From Isurus oxyrinchus (taxonomy: Eukaryota), in assembly GCA_026770705.1 (NCBI GenBank), contig JANJGN010000035.1, forward strand, positions 6,448,001 through 6,512,000: a stretch of 64,000 bases of DNA, in the 5' to 3' direction. Shown here piece after piece: positions 13,148 through 25,760 of the stretch. A program made the translations under genes and the position numbers. Numbering within the stretch: the stretch's first letter is position 1; each line of letters starts with the position of its first letter. Below the pieces are notes generated by a model. That model saw only the letters and a list, made by a program, of their open reading frames with translations, did no database searches and was not told the DNA's origin.

Positions 13148-14080
13148 CTCAGGAATCTTTTGAAAGCCATCACTGAACTAAGATGAAGTGCAAGATCTTT
13201 ATTCAATTTCAGAAGTGCAGCCTGAAGATTTTTGTTTTGCAATGTTGCGTAACACTTTCCATTTTGATGCTTACGAATTTGACGTCATTAGATCACCAGG
13301 TATCCGCAGCAGAACTAGAATAATTGCTTGAAGGTTGAGGTTACTTGATTCAACTTATGTGCTGCTGGGTATCCCACTTCAAGACAAGGAACTATCTCGC
13401 CAGTTCTGTGTACCTTCTCCCATCTGCGCCAGGACCATTGGTTTTGATTGTTAGATATTAAGGCGCTTTCGCTCTGCGGGTGGATTTCTTGCCACTGTGA
13501 GCACTGTTGCTTAGAAAAGCGTCTGCAAAGGACTTTTCTTTTTCCACAATTTCTGTTCTCCCAAGCTTCATATTGGCAGTACTGGTCTTTGTAACTATAT
13601 TGAAGGGAGCATCGGTCGCAGTGAAAACTTCTTGCCCAAATTCTGAGATGACACTTTTAACCATCCCACCAGGCCCTGCGATGCCGCTTTACGTTCGTGT
13701 TGGATATGATGCAAGTATATATTTGTGAACTCAAATTTTATAAGTTAAAATTTCCCGCTTCATTATACCACATTCTCTGCTCTGAGGTTTTGTTAGGATA
13801 TTCAATTTTATCATCGAGTACTTTGCTTTCATCGTCCAATACCGCCGACTGCAAACGTGCCTTAACTTTCTGTTCCGAGATTCAGTTTTCCAGTTCCGGC
13901 CATGGTGTCTCCAAACAGAACAGCTTGTTGGTCTAAAATGTTTCAAATACTCAACACTAAATGCAGCTGATTCGCCCTCATGCTACTTGGTGTTATCGGG
14001 CTAAGCACATTCAAATACATATCAATAACTTCGCACATGGCTATTTGGAATTTCTGCCATTATTCACTGTCTCCATCACT
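13148..14080 (-). pseudogene. Large decayed exon (~930 nt)
   Basis: Acceptor ccttttgccttgcctttag| and donor GAG|gtaaat. Coding-like pieces (ISEQKVKARLQSAVLDDESKVLDDKIEY; GPGGMVKSVISEFGQEVF...EIVEKEKSFADAF) lie in shifting frames with stops. Confidence 0.55.
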
Positions 14081-15060
14081 CTAAAGGCAAGGCAAAAGGT
14101 GTGATAAAATCGCGAATTTTACGCTTGTACCTGAGCTCTTAAAATAATTGAAAAAAATCGGTCAAGAACGAGGCTCCAATAACGAAGTAGAGAGCCCAAC
14201 CTATGCAAAAGCAGTTATTGACGTGTGGACAGGCAGGGTAGAGAGAGGTGAGGAGGGGCGTTTCAAATGGATGTTAGCTTCCATGCGGCTGTTTTTCGAG
14301 AAAACCCTGTCAATTGGGAGAACATTCAGGCGTGTCAGCGAGAAAATACATAAACGTTTAATTAATCTAACATAACACAAAATCTCTTACTACTTAATTA
14401 TAGTTCACTTCAATATTATGCACAAATTCATTTTTTTTTATTTTGTTGCCATCTCACAAAGCATGGATACGATTAAATTGGAATTTGAATCGTTATTTTA
14501 CGGATATTCATTCTTATGGCAAACGTTTAAGAGAATATCAAAGGAGTGTGTTTCGTTTAAGCGATAAACCGATTTGCAACAGTAATCCTTCTAACGCTCA
14601 GCCTTCACTCATAGAACAAATACTCATCTCTATTGGCATAGGATTTGCTTTTTCAAAAAGTTTGTTTAAATACTTTATTTGCAATATCTTTCAGAACGTA
14701 ATATATTGCAAGTTATCATATCGTTACAATGATCCCATCGAAAATGTGGTAGAATGATTTAAATTAATCAGAAACATAACTCAATCCATATCAGAATTTT
14801 ATAGGACAAGATATTATGTAAATAGATGGTGTAATTTTAGTATTCAAGGTTAATAGGAACGTATAGAACAATAAATAGGGGATGGAAATTTACCTTTATG
14901 TACATTTAATACATTTTTAGAAAGGGGAGAAATATGTATAGGCTTTATTAATAGACTTCAGGGAGTTTCAAATTGCTGACATGATACTTTGAGTGAAATG
15001 AGAAAGAAGACTAGTTAGATAATAACTTGATAGCTTGGCTTTAACATACCAGAAACTTAC

Positions 15061-15204
15061 TGCACCATTATTCGGACTACACCCATGGCCAGATTTGCTT
15101 TGATTGTAGGCTTAATGGAGGATGTTCTTTTGATGCGGTTTGTGCAAGAACTAGCATAGTCGAGGAAAAATATTGTTTTTCAACAAAGGCTGCGTTTAAA
15201 TCTG
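15061..15204 (-). pseudogene. Symmetric phase 1-1 exon (144 nt), two stops near the 3' end
   Basis: cacttttttacag|CA...TGCA|gtaagt. Translation DLNAAFVEKQYFSSTMLVLAQTASKEHPPLSLQSKQIWPWV*SE*WC. Confidence 0.6.
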
Positions 15205-15688
15205 CTGTAAAAAAGTGGTCGTCATAATGAATACCCTTGATTATAATGTGATTATCTATAACCTAACATGATATAGAATGTTTTTTAAATCGTATGACAT
15301 ATATGAATTCGTATTCTACAAGTGAAGAATAACGGCTAGTGAATTATTCTTGCAAATATAAGTATTTCTAAAGCGAAACACATTCATTTGAGATTGTTTT
15401 ATACTTGCACTGAATGTCATAAGAATGAATGTCCGTAAAAAGATGGAATTAAATTCTAATTTAAACGTGTACATAGAGTTTGAGATGACAGCAGACTAAA
15501 ATAATTGAATTTGGGTACAATTTCGATGTGAACTATAACTAAATATGCGGATAAATTTTGAATTCCAAGTTGAGTTTCCGATTATAGATTTGTCCTAATG
15601 CTGTGTGCTGGCAGTCAGCAATGAGGTGCACTCTGTGAAATAGAAATACTGCTGAATGCATCAGAACAAGATCAATGGTAACCAACAC

Positions 15689-15810
15689 CTGATGTGCGTT
15701 CCTTTCTGTCAACTTTGCCAGTCTCGCTTTTTTCAATGTCAGCTGTAAACCTTTATTCACTCTGTGTGTACCTTTATGGCCACTTTGAGCAATATTGCTT
15801 AGCAGAGTAT
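15689..15810 (-). pseudogene. Candidate open exon, phase-1 start
   Basis: ttattcttttcaacag|AT. Translation (D)TLLSNIAQSGHKGTHRVNKGLQLTLKKARLAKLTERNAHQ. Weak donor CAG|gtgttg. Confidence 0.45.
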
Positions 15811-16189
15811 CTGTTGAAAAGAATAACTTTCTTACTCAACATCAGTGCTTCCAGGTGTCATGTATATTTTTGGCAGTGTTTGTTAAGAAATAGAAAGTGA
15901 TACTTAACAAAGATAGGCAGCGACTGCACTGGCTAAACACCGTTCTTGCTCCCCGATTCAGACAAGGGAACAATGTTTCTCACAGTCATCTCTTCTTATC
16001 TCCCTTTCCGTTAGTTCTGTAGTCTTCTGCTCCTAGCTGGGAGGTTGCCTATTGCCTCCCGTTTCACATGCAGGGTGCCTGACTGCTGAAACGCTAATGC
16101 TTTTGAACTCCTTCTTGGATACAGCTCGTTCATGGTCAGTGGTGTGCCTGAACTCTGTTCAGTCACTAAGTGGTTTAGATGTTACACAG

Positions 16190-16272
16190 CCAGTTTCTGA
16201 TTGGTTTCTTAAGCATGACCGGCGCAAACTCGATGGGCCGAGGGTCATTTTCTGTGCCGTAGACCTCTATGA
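16190..16272 (+). mobile_element. CR1 3' tail fragment
   Basis: ggcgcaaactcgatgggccgagggtcattttctgtgccgtagacctctatga matches the recalled CR1 terminal pattern also seen at 23760-23800. Confidence 0.65.
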
Positions 16273-17274
16273 TGATGGTCATATACTGATATTATTTCCT
16301 GCTGCCCTCTGTTTGGCCCTAGAATAATTCAGTTGGATTGTCCACTTCACTAAACTTTTTTTTATCCCCTTGTTATTTAATTGAGTATTATAGTTTTCTA
16401 TTGTTATACTGTGGTAGTGTAAGACGTTTTCTTTGTCCCACTTATAAGTGAGTTTCTGATGTCAAATTGTAATGATTTACATTTGAGCGTTTGTCCCAAA
16501 TTTTAATATGCTGTACAGATTTCCTGTACAACTCTCATTCGGGAAGAATCCTATCATTACGTTTTGGTTAAGGGGATCATTTTTCTAGTGAATGTTTTTA
16601 CTGTGTCCGGCCGTGTTGGTCGCCAGTTAGCTAAGAGTACGAAATGGCACATAACATTGTGCTAATACAGAAATAACAAATTTATTACATACATAGGCTA
16701 TACAACTTCCTAAAAAAAAATGGTGCATGAAGATGATTGTTGTCTTAAAATTGACGTAGCAAGATATACCTTTAAAATCCAGCAATTTGTATTCAATTGA
16801 AATAAGTTCCTAATTATCAAAATCAATGAACAACATTGTTACAAAAGCTGATTACAGAAATTGATTCTTCTCAAAAATTATTAAGTTCAAGATGCTAAGC
16901 ATATTATCAGGGCATGGAAATGATAGCTTTAAAACACTACAACATAGCTATATTTTTCAGCCTGTAGGCTTTTCAAATAAAGAGGTACGCAAACTGAGGT
17001 GTTAATTGTCTTTGGGAATACAGGTTCCCATCTTCGGAAACATTCAGTCTGGAGAGACTTCGCAGCAACTGCTCTGTCAGAAAACCATAAAATGAAGCAA
17101 AGTCTTCCGCAGCTTTTTTTTACCTAACCCATGGTTTGGGTCCAAGTGGTGTTTCTTAATTTTCAAGACAATGACGTGATCCTAGTGCCCTACACTGATT
17201 ATAATTAAGCGGACTGTTCATTGATTAATACACAAATAAACAAACTACAAACACAATGTGATGAACTATTAAAC

Positions 17275-17490
17275 CTAAGCTACTCTGCATCATACTGAAA
17301 GGAAGGGTGTTTGTGATTTTGTTGCTTGGATCATTTTTTCCCCTGGGACCATTATTGTAACCAGAGCCTATTGCGAAATACTGGTCGGAGCCTCTGCAAT
17401 TTCCTTCTATTATAGCTGTTTCGAAGTGGTCCAGTTTCTTAATATTTCTTCTCTCACTACGTTTATTACATTAAGAATTGCAGACACTTC
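17275..17490 (-). pseudogene. Symmetric phase 1-1 exon (216 nt), one stop
   Basis: taattag|GA...TTAG|gtttaa (both sites weak). Translation SVCNS*CNKRSERRNIKKLDHFETAIIEGNCRGSDQYFAIGSGYNNGPRGKNDPSNKITNTLPFSMMQSSL. Confidence 0.45.
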
Positions 17491-18270
17491 CTAATTAACT
17501 ACAGTTTCTCATTCGCTACTCTGATAGCAGACACAATACATTGAATAGAATCTACGTACATGCCTCTCGCCTCAAAATTGGGCTAGCTGCTTCATTTCTA
17601 ATTGGACACACTACTCATTTATTTTCAAATAATGATTGTGGCCATGGATGCGGTCAACATATTCCAGCCATGATTCGTGATGAAGATATAAATCACGTGA
17701 AGATTATTGATTCCTGTTAGGAAGGAAAGCAAACTAAGTGTTGGGGTTGGTTGGAAGAGACATGGCAAAGGGTTAACTTAAATACACGAGAAACAATATT
17801 TCCTAATTAGGGAAAAATAAGTGATAGACCTACTTTGGCATTTTGCAGAGAAAATTAAAGTGAAGGTGAATGCACTCCCCATGTAATATTGATTCCCATT
17901 AATATTTCAATTAGATTCCAAATTTCATGTAAAACATGTATTCGTGTTTATCAAACTGGAGTAGGATAATGCGATGATAATTTGAGTGGATCAAACCAGT
18001 GTCAGAGAAGTTCTAATTTCGTTTCCAATTAATTTCAGACGCCCCAGTGCAAATAGAGAAGTAAGTTATACCATCAGTGTCCATTATTTTCCATCACCTA
18101 AAACATTCAGAGAACGGAGTGGGCATTGTAACCATTGCACAGTTAAATTCAATTTTGCAGAGAAGAAAGTATAGGACACAAGAATCACTCTATTTACAAT
18201 TAATCAACAGGCGGTTTGTCAGTTACACCGTAAGTTAAATTTGTTCCCATTCGACTCTTGTCAAACTTAT

Positions 18271-18414
18271 CTCAGATTCTTTGCTGTGAAGCATGTTCAT
18301 GAAACAGAATTTCACTGATGCCGCTCACAGATTCTCCAATAATTGCAAGTATTTGGACTTGATGTAATACCCACTCATTGCATTGATGAGTATCGTCATC
18401 CCGGCGCAGAATTC
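18271..18414 (-). pseudogene. Symmetric phase 1-1 exon (144 nt), terminal TGA and GT>AT donor
   Basis: gaatttcag|GA...TGAG|ataagt (one change from gtaagt). Translation ILRRDDDTHQCNEWVLHQVQILAIIGESVSGISEILFHEHASQQRI*. Confidence 0.55.
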
Positions 18415-19419
18415 CTGAAATTCCAGCGTTATAACAGGACAGAAAATACAATTGGACTTAAAATAAATGACTGAACGATTACAGAAATGACAAAACGGGT
18501 GGGTGACTTACGGTGCAATTCCTTCACCACATCATTAAAAAAAAACTATTTATAGAGGTTTGGCCGTACAGAACTTGAGCATTGCCGAGGAAATGGGCAT
18601 GCGATCGAACGTTTTTCTTTTCTTTCATGATAGGAGCATGAATGAAGAAATGCGAATGGAAACAACAATTTATCCTTCATTACAAAACGTCTGCTCTCTG
18701 ATTGGTTGAGCCTTTGCCATTGAGAATAAAGCCGGTAGCAGTTGCCTCTCAAAATTTTTTTTCTTAATTGGTAAAGACGCATCTCCTGCATATTTTCCTT
18801 TCCTGCTTCCGGAGGACAGCACCCTGCATATGAATACATGTAGCTACTAGCAAGCGTACGTGAGCCGAATTGCGATGCATAAGACCTCCAAATTCCGCAA
18901 TCAAAGGTGTCAAATCTACCTCAAGCTTCCCCTGAAAATTCTTGCATTCTCAAAAAAAATAAAAACAATTGAGAAGCTGGTGAAGCTCAACGTTTCAAGC
19001 TGATGCTCGACAGGAACAAGAGTGTCATTATTCACGTATAGGATGCTGCCTTCAAAAGAGAGTTCTGCCTTCCACAAAATGTGTAATGTGGCATATAAAT
19101 GGCAGTACTAGGTATGCAGCCACTGCGTCTTATTGACTGCCGGATAGTATCAAACTGAATAGCCTCCTGCTCTTCCCAACAGGCACTCAACAAGCAGGCA
19201 CTTGCAATTCTCAGAGGATAGGGTGCCACATTCGATATCATTCCATCATTTGGATATCATTTCACGAACAATACTAGCTGTGCTAAGAATTCCAGCAACA
19301 ATGAATTTAACATTATTATTCGGGCTCATAATTTGTCGAACAGACCATTCCTGGATTTTTTTTTCATAATCAGTGGCCTCGTCTCTGTTGGTAAACAGAA
19401 GTGTAGAGAGATTGTGAAA

Positions 19420-19520
19420 CGAAAACAGAAAATGCTGGAAAAAATCAGCAGGCCTCACAGCATCATTGGAGAGACAAAAACAAATCTAATATGTCGAGCC
19501 CTGAAGACCTTTCTTCGGAT
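19420..19520 (-). mobile_element. Older Penelope-like terminal fragment
   Basis: aaaacagaaaatgctggaaaaaatcagcagg...cagcatc is similar to 23933-24030. Confidence 0.6.
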
Positions 19521-19878
19521 GGGTTGTGCCGTTTTCCATCAAGGAAAAGTTTGCGGGACAACACTTTTTCCGTGCATTCCCAAAGGCAATGACTCAACTC
19601 CTAAGTTTGTTCCCGTTTTCTTTAAAAAGGAAAAGCTGGAAGATAACTGCTACATTTTGCATTCTCCATGGCAATGCCTCCATTAACCAGAGTCTGCTTG
19701 TCAAACCATTAGAACAGTTTCATTCGCGTGCAGTCTAAGTTTTTGCTTTCTCTATGTCTTTTATAATATTTTTTGCTCTGAGGAGGGCAGCTCGAAAAGC
19801 TTCGATACCATGTCTCAATGTAACGAAAAAATAAATTAGTTCAAACGCAGTAATGAAAAATATCTAAAGCTCATTTGT

Positions 19879-19990
19879 TATGTGTGTGTGCATGTCTGTA
19901 TAAATATATCTATCTAACTGTCTATCTGCCGAACATTCTATGCATGTATGTATGTATGCATGTATGTTTGTATGTATGTATCTATCTATC
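19879..19990. repeat. Compound microsatellite (TG/TATC/TATG)
   Basis: tgtgtgtgtg...tatctatcta...tgtatgtatgtatg seen directly. Confidence 0.85.
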
Positions 19991-20130
19991 TTCATGATCA
20001 TTCTGAAAAGTTTCACCACAGCGAATCAAGCTATCAGGCTAGAACACCTCTTCTGTCAAATTGTCATCTCTTGTGGAAACAAGCATTAATCCTGTCATGG
20101 CTAAATATTCCTTGCACACATCACAATTAC

Positions 20131-20471
20131 CTTATGAACTGCCAAAGTTTCTATTGCATGTCGGCCTTTTGGCGAGATTATCCATAGGCAGACGTCAGCT
20201 TCCAAATATACAGTGTCGAAAATCTTTCACACCTCCCTTCCTCCTTCAGATGTCATGACCTAAGAGGGCGTCTGTGTACCTCAACTTCTTTTGTATTGGT
20301 TCCTCTTTAAAATTGGAAACGTTTTGCAGAGGTTTGCCATTGCCTTCTTCAAAATGGCTGACCAGACATCACACTCTTTCAAAATTCCATCAGGCGTATT
20401 GGACGGATTTGCATATTGTTTATCAACCTGCTTGGCCACCTTATGATCGCCCCTTCCATAGCTATCAAATC
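20131..20471 (-). pseudogene. Decayed exon (341 nt, one frameshift and stops)
   Basis: tttcaaattctacttcag|GA and CATAAG|gtaatt. Translation FDSYGRGDHKVAKQVDKQYANPSNTPDGILKE, then after a shift HFEEGNGKPLQNVSNFKEEPIQKKLRY. Confidence 0.55.
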
Positions 20472-21054
20472 CTGAAGTAGAATTTGAAAGCAGAACTTCC
20501 GCCCAAAATAGAAACGCCACCGAAACGCCATAAGTCCTCTGCAAGACATATTGCACTTCAATATTGGTCTATTTAGCCTTTGATTGGTGCTGTACTCTCA
20601 AACTTCTCTAACGTCAGATTACGTTTCGCCTTTAACCCGCTATCAACACGCCATTTACTGTCTAGCATTCTTCGTTTATTGAGGAATTATATACAACAAA
20701 CTCAAATATGCCTTTTTATTAACAAAGCTGCGTTCATTATTTCAGGCTGTCATAGGCAAGGTACACAAGGCAAATGCAATGTAATTTGTATGAACTAACT
20801 GTCGATAATACTTATGTAAGGTAAAACGTGGCGAATTCATAGAGAATAAAGTTGTGAATTTTGGAATGTATGCCAAACTCGTTTAGCAATTGGTCAAGGG
20901 CTACATTAAGTACAATTAATTGAATGTTTGCATATTGGTAGTGGCATGATCATGTTTTAGTCTGTGGGATTTTCCAATCTCCGACTATATGAAAGACCTG
21001 TATAAAGCCTATAGTCGCACTGCAATTTGAAAATCATGGGACGATACAAAATAC

Positions 21055-21288
21055 CTTTGCATATATGCATGGATGTTTCAAGTACGTTTGTTTGTGTGCA
21101 CTTCAAATAAGCATCACAACTGACAATTTGCTGTGCGTGCTTGTGCAGGTGTTTCTTTCTTGACTGGGGTTTACATTGCGCATTTAATTTCGAATGATTT
21201 TCTAAATTTAATCTCTGCGCTTTGAGCCTCCTTGAAATTTTGGAATTTCCTTTGAATGCGATGTGTGTGCTTTAATTTCTCCGTCTTC
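21055..21288 (-). pseudogene. Symmetric phase 1-1 exon (234 nt), one stop
   Basis: cttcctctctcccccatag|GA...AAAG|gtattt. Translation RRRN*STHIAFKGNSKISRRLKAQRLNLENHSKLNAQCKPQSRKKHLHKHAQQIVSCDAYLKCTQTNVLETSMHICK. Confidence 0.65.
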
Positions 21289-21722
21289 CTATGGGGGAGA
21301 GAGGAAGTCAATACAAGATGTTGTTACTGTGGGAAACGTGCCTCAAACTAAATAAAAACTGATGTGCTAAGGAACATCTGAGCTGAAATAGAGGGTGATG
21401 TCAGTAAAGTGTTTAGTCCCAATGATCTGAAAGAGAACAGGTTACAAATACCATGCTGATGCACGAAATGGAATGTGAATATGCATAATCTTCGCCAACC
21501 AACATAAGGTTGGAGCATAACACACAAAGGGGTTAGTTTTGCTGATAACATGGTGCGCTTTATTTGCAATCAGACAGTGTGTTAGAAGAAATTTTAAGCA
21601 TAAATTTACGCATACAAGAAATTGACTGCCGTTTCAATGAAGCAGAGTCGGATACATAGGTAGAATTATTTGAATTTCATTTCAGGAGCTGCTGACTCTG
21701 AATGTAACGTTAGTGAACTTAC

Positions 21723-21913
21723 CCGCCCTGATGAGCAGAAAGCTGGCTCCTCCACCGCTCACTTCATGCCTCAATCATGCTCAATTACATTCACACACAA
21801 ATCGGCCATTCACAAACGACAATTCCGTCTTTTGTCTATTCTTAGCTTTTGGGTAGCCTGGCACAGGCATCGCGGATGGAGAATTCAGAGGTATTGCTTT
21901 CCATAATGCTCCT
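21723..21913 (-). pseudogene. Decayed exon (191 nt)
   Basis: tttcccctttgcctaaaatag| and consensus donor GCGG|gtaagt. One base short of a multiple of 3; stops in all frames. Confidence 0.45.
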
Positions 21914-22334
21914 CTATTTTAGGCAAAGGGGAAATTATTCAAGAACTGTTTTTACTTTGAGATTACAGGAAAAATTCAATGGCAAAGGACATTATTATAA
22001 TAACAGTGACGGACACTTTTGTATTATTTTCAAGGTTTTCGGCAGCAGAATGATCGTCCACTCACTCACACCGTAAATATTACAGCCTGGCCATGTCAAT
22101 TTGCGGTGCAAACAATTGACAGATTTGCCATTATCAAGCAATAGGGCAGACATTCAATATCCCTTTACTTCATTTTAGAACTATACAACCACAGTCAATC
22201 TGGGTGTGGGTTCCATCACCGATTTCAGAGTTCTCTTTCCTACTTCACTGAAGTAATTGTTATAGAACCTTCAGCAACATGTGAAAAAAAACACAATTTA
22301 TAATATTTTCACGAAGCAGCTCAGCCAAAATAAA

Positions 22335-22780
22335 TCATAGAAGCATATAATTTATACAGCATAGATGGAGACCTTTCGGTTCCTACTGTCCATCCGAGCA
22401 CCATTCAATAACCATTCACCTCGGCCCAATAATCTGCCTTCTATCTGTATCCATGTTCTTTCAGATAACAGCCGTATTTTATTTTGAATTGCCCAATTAA
22501 ATCTTTATCCTTCACCCTCTCAGCCAATGCATTCCATATCTTAAGCAATCACCTGTATTTGTTTTCATCTGATTTGAAATGTTGCCTTTGCTTCTTGTCA
22601 AAAACTTTAAATCGGTGTCATCTGGTTCTTTTACTTCTGCCAACAAAAGGATTTTTTCTCCATTTCGTCTCCCTCCAGGCATCTTCTGATTTTGAAAATT
22701 TCTATCAAATCTCCTCTTAACAGCTCATCTCTAAAGAGGAAGTGCCAGCTTCTTCACCAAGATGCTTAAGTGAAGTTCAT
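22335..22780 (-). mobile_element. CR1 3' end remnant
   Basis: catagaa...tacagcatagatggagacctttcgg and later ORF2 C-terminus-like sequence, in reverse orientation. Confidence 0.6.
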
Positions 22781-22789
22781 AACGTCTGG

Positions 22790-23802
22790 GTTTTTTTGTG
22801 ATTGGATGCCTGGGATGAGTGGTAGATCGCAGGGATTTGTGCGCAGATGTCTGTAGTGAACATTGATGGTTTAGAAGTGCATATAGGGGCTATGATGAGT
22901 AAATTCACACATGACACGAAAATTGCTGGTATGGTAAATGGTGAGCAGGAAAGTCTTAGTTTACAGGACGCTGTAGATGGCCTGGCCATCTGGGCTGGGG
23001 AGTGACCGATTGAATTTAACGCTGAAAAAATGTAAGGTGATGCATTTCCGGAGGACGGGCGCAGCAAGGGGAAACACAATAGATAATCAGATCGCAGGAA
23101 GTACAGAGGATCAGGGGGACCTGTGTGTACATGCACGTAGATCTCCGAATCCGCAGCACATGTAAGTAAGATGGTTAGGACAGCATAAAGGTTATTGGAC
23201 TTTATTAGCTGAGGTATAGAATATAATATCTGGGAGGACATGTTGGAGCTGTACAAAACTCCAGCTAAGCCAAAACCGGAGGACTGTGTGGATTTCTGGT
23301 CACCAGAATACATGAATGATGGTGTTGCATTGGAGAGGTTGCAGAGGAATTTCAACAAGATTATGGCTGGGCTGGAGCGTTTCAGCTTTGAAGAGAGACT
23401 GGGCAGACTAGGGTTGTGTTCCTTAAGAGGAGAAGACTAATCGAGCACCTGATAGAGGTATACCAAGCAATTACAGGCACAGAGTGGGTAGATAGGAAGA
23501 AACATTTCCCTTTAGCAGAGGTGCGAATAACCAGAGTGCATCGAGGAGAAGCAGAGGTATCCAGAGGTGATTTGACCACTTTTCTTCACCCAGAGGGCTG
23601 TTAGTATCTGGAACACACTGCCTGAGAGGGCGGTAAAGCCAGGAACCCTAACATAATTTAATAAGTATATAGGTAAGCACTTTAAACCCCATAGGATATG
23701 GAGCTACGGGTCAAATGCTCGAAAATGTGATTAGAGATATTAGATGCTTGATGGGCAGCACTGACACGATTGGCCGAAGGGCCTGTTTGTGTACTGTACA
23801 AC
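22790..23802 (+). mobile_element. CR1 LINE 3' ~1 kb, degraded
   Basis: SKFTHDTKIAG, KCKVMHF and MLELYKT..KP.PEDCVDFWSP...LERLQRNF. Tail ggccgaagggcctgtttgtgtactgtac. Confidence 0.88.
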
Positions 23803-23932
23803 ACCAGTACTGCATTAGTCTATTATTGTGAACATGTTCTTCATTCTCCATGATGAATTCAAACCCTTCATAAATGTTTCTTCCCGGACTGGACACAATA
23901 GTGTCGCTGGTTTAAAAACGTGTTTTTTGCTG

Positions 23933-25305
23933 AACAAAAACAAAATTACCTGGAAAAACTCAGCAGGTCTGACAGCATCTGCAGAGAGGAACACAGTTAA
24001 CGTTTCGAGTCTGTATGACTCTTCAACAGAACTAAAGGAAAATAGAAAAAAAAGGTGAAATATAAGCTGGAATAAGTGGCGGTGGGACAGGTAGAGCTGG
24101 ATAGATGGAGATAGGTGGAGATTGCCAAAATATGTCATCAGCAAAAGGACATTGGTGATATTAGCTAAGAAATGTGCTAATGGTGACATTACGGATAGAG
24201 ACCAGGGTGAGAAAAAGACAGATAGCACTAGTGGTGATGTTTTGGAAGAAGGGATCGAAATAGGCTAAACGTTGCAGATAAAACAATGGATGTAAATGCA
24301 TTTAAAAATAATGGAAATAGGTGGGAAAAGAAAAATAGTATGTATCAATTATTGGAGAAGGGGGATCGGAAACGGGTTGGGGATTGAGGAGGGAGTACAT
24401 GATCTAAAGTTGTTGAACTCAATATTCAGTCCAAAAAGCTGTAAAGTGCCTTGTTGGAAGATGAGGTGCTGTTCCTCCAGTTTGCATTGAGCTTCACTGG
24501 ATCATTGCAGCAGGCCAAGTAGGGACATTGGGCATGAGGCAGGGTGGAGTGTTGAAATGGCAAGTGACAGAGAGGTCTGGATCATGCTTGCGGATAGACC
24601 GAAGATGTTCCACAAATCTGTCACCCAGTCTGTGTTTGGTCCCTCCAGTGTAGAGGAAATCGCATTTGGAGCAGTGAATGCAGTAGACTAAATTGAGGGA
24701 AGTGCAAGAGATATGCTCCTTCACTTGAAAAGAGTGTTTGGGCCCTTGGACATTGAGGACAGTGGAAGTAAAGGCGCAAGTGTTGCACCTTCTGTGGTTG
24801 CAAGGGAAGGTGCTGTGGGTGGGGGCTGAGGTGTTGGGGGTGTTGGAGGAGTTGACCAGCGAGTCCCGCAGGGAGTGATACCTGTGGAATGCCGCCAAGG
24901 GGCTTGAAGGGAAGATGTGTTTGGCGGTGGCATAATGATGGAAATGGCAGAGTGTGGTCACTTGAATTCGGAGGCTGGTGTGGTGATAAGTGTGGACAAG
25001 TGGGACCATATTATGGTTCTGGGAAGGAGATTAAGGTGTGAGGGTGGATGTGCGGGATACCAGCCGGACACAGATGAGGGCCCTGTCAACCACCGTGGGT
25101 GGAAACTCAGTTAGGAAGAAGGAAGACATGTCAGAGGAACTGTTTTTGGAAGTGGCATAATCAGAACAGATGTCGCGGAGGCGATGCAACTGAGGGAATT
25201 GGATGAAATTCTTACAGGAAGCGGAGTGTGAGGAGCTGTAGTCAACGTAGTTGTGGGAGTCGTTAGGCTTGTAATGAATAATGGTGGACAGTCTATCAAC
25301 AGAAA
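23933..25305 (-). mobile_element. Penelope-like element fragment with degraded GIY-YIG endonuclease
   Basis: ORF 24494..25009: C..RRCNTC...FQVKEHISCTSLNLVYCIHCSKCDFLYTGGTKHRLGDRFVEHLRSI...VTCHFN, the Penelope linker and GIY-YIG signature. Followed by the terminal repeat region. Confidence 0.9.
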
Positions 25306-25760
25306 ATTATGCAGACCTATATCAAACTCGTTGTCCCTGCACCTTATGCTCCTATTAATAAAACCTATTATATAGCAAAATTTATTCAGTGATTACTGAA
25401 CCATTTCTCCCTTCTGCATCTTCGTTGATTGACATGACATAGCCCCCAGTTTCTCTGCTCCTGTATTTAGAAATATACTATTCATTGATATTCCCATTCA
25501 ACGTTCGTTCTTCCAAATGAATGACTTAACAGCTCTATGCATTGAGCATTATCTGTTAGTGGACATCTCTTGAACCACCCTGGCTGTATCACTTTGAAAT
25601 AGGTTATGCGTATTCTTCATAAGCTGCAACGCTTTCAAGTTGTGGGCCATAGAAATCAGTCTCAGTCATGACTCTATTTTCTACTGCGACCTGAGAGTCT
25701 TTGGGAAAGCCAAAACTTATTGCCCACACATAACTATTTTTTTCTCAGGCGAAGATGAGC

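Noticed and set aside
14131-14370. Extra exon ending at CTCAG|gtacaa
   Set aside because: It would leave only a 50-nt intron before the 14080 acceptor, and its own acceptor is ambiguous.
20131-20471. Homology of this 341-nt exon to the 342-nt array exon A
   Set aside because: The length is similar and DHKV is shared, but no alignable sequence was seen beyond that.
22777-23358. 193-aa ORF
   Set aside because: It is the antisense reading of a degraded CR1 ORF2.
22335-23802. CR1 5' inversion (twin priming)
   Set aside because: Both arms appear to carry their own 3' tails, which fits two independent insertions better.
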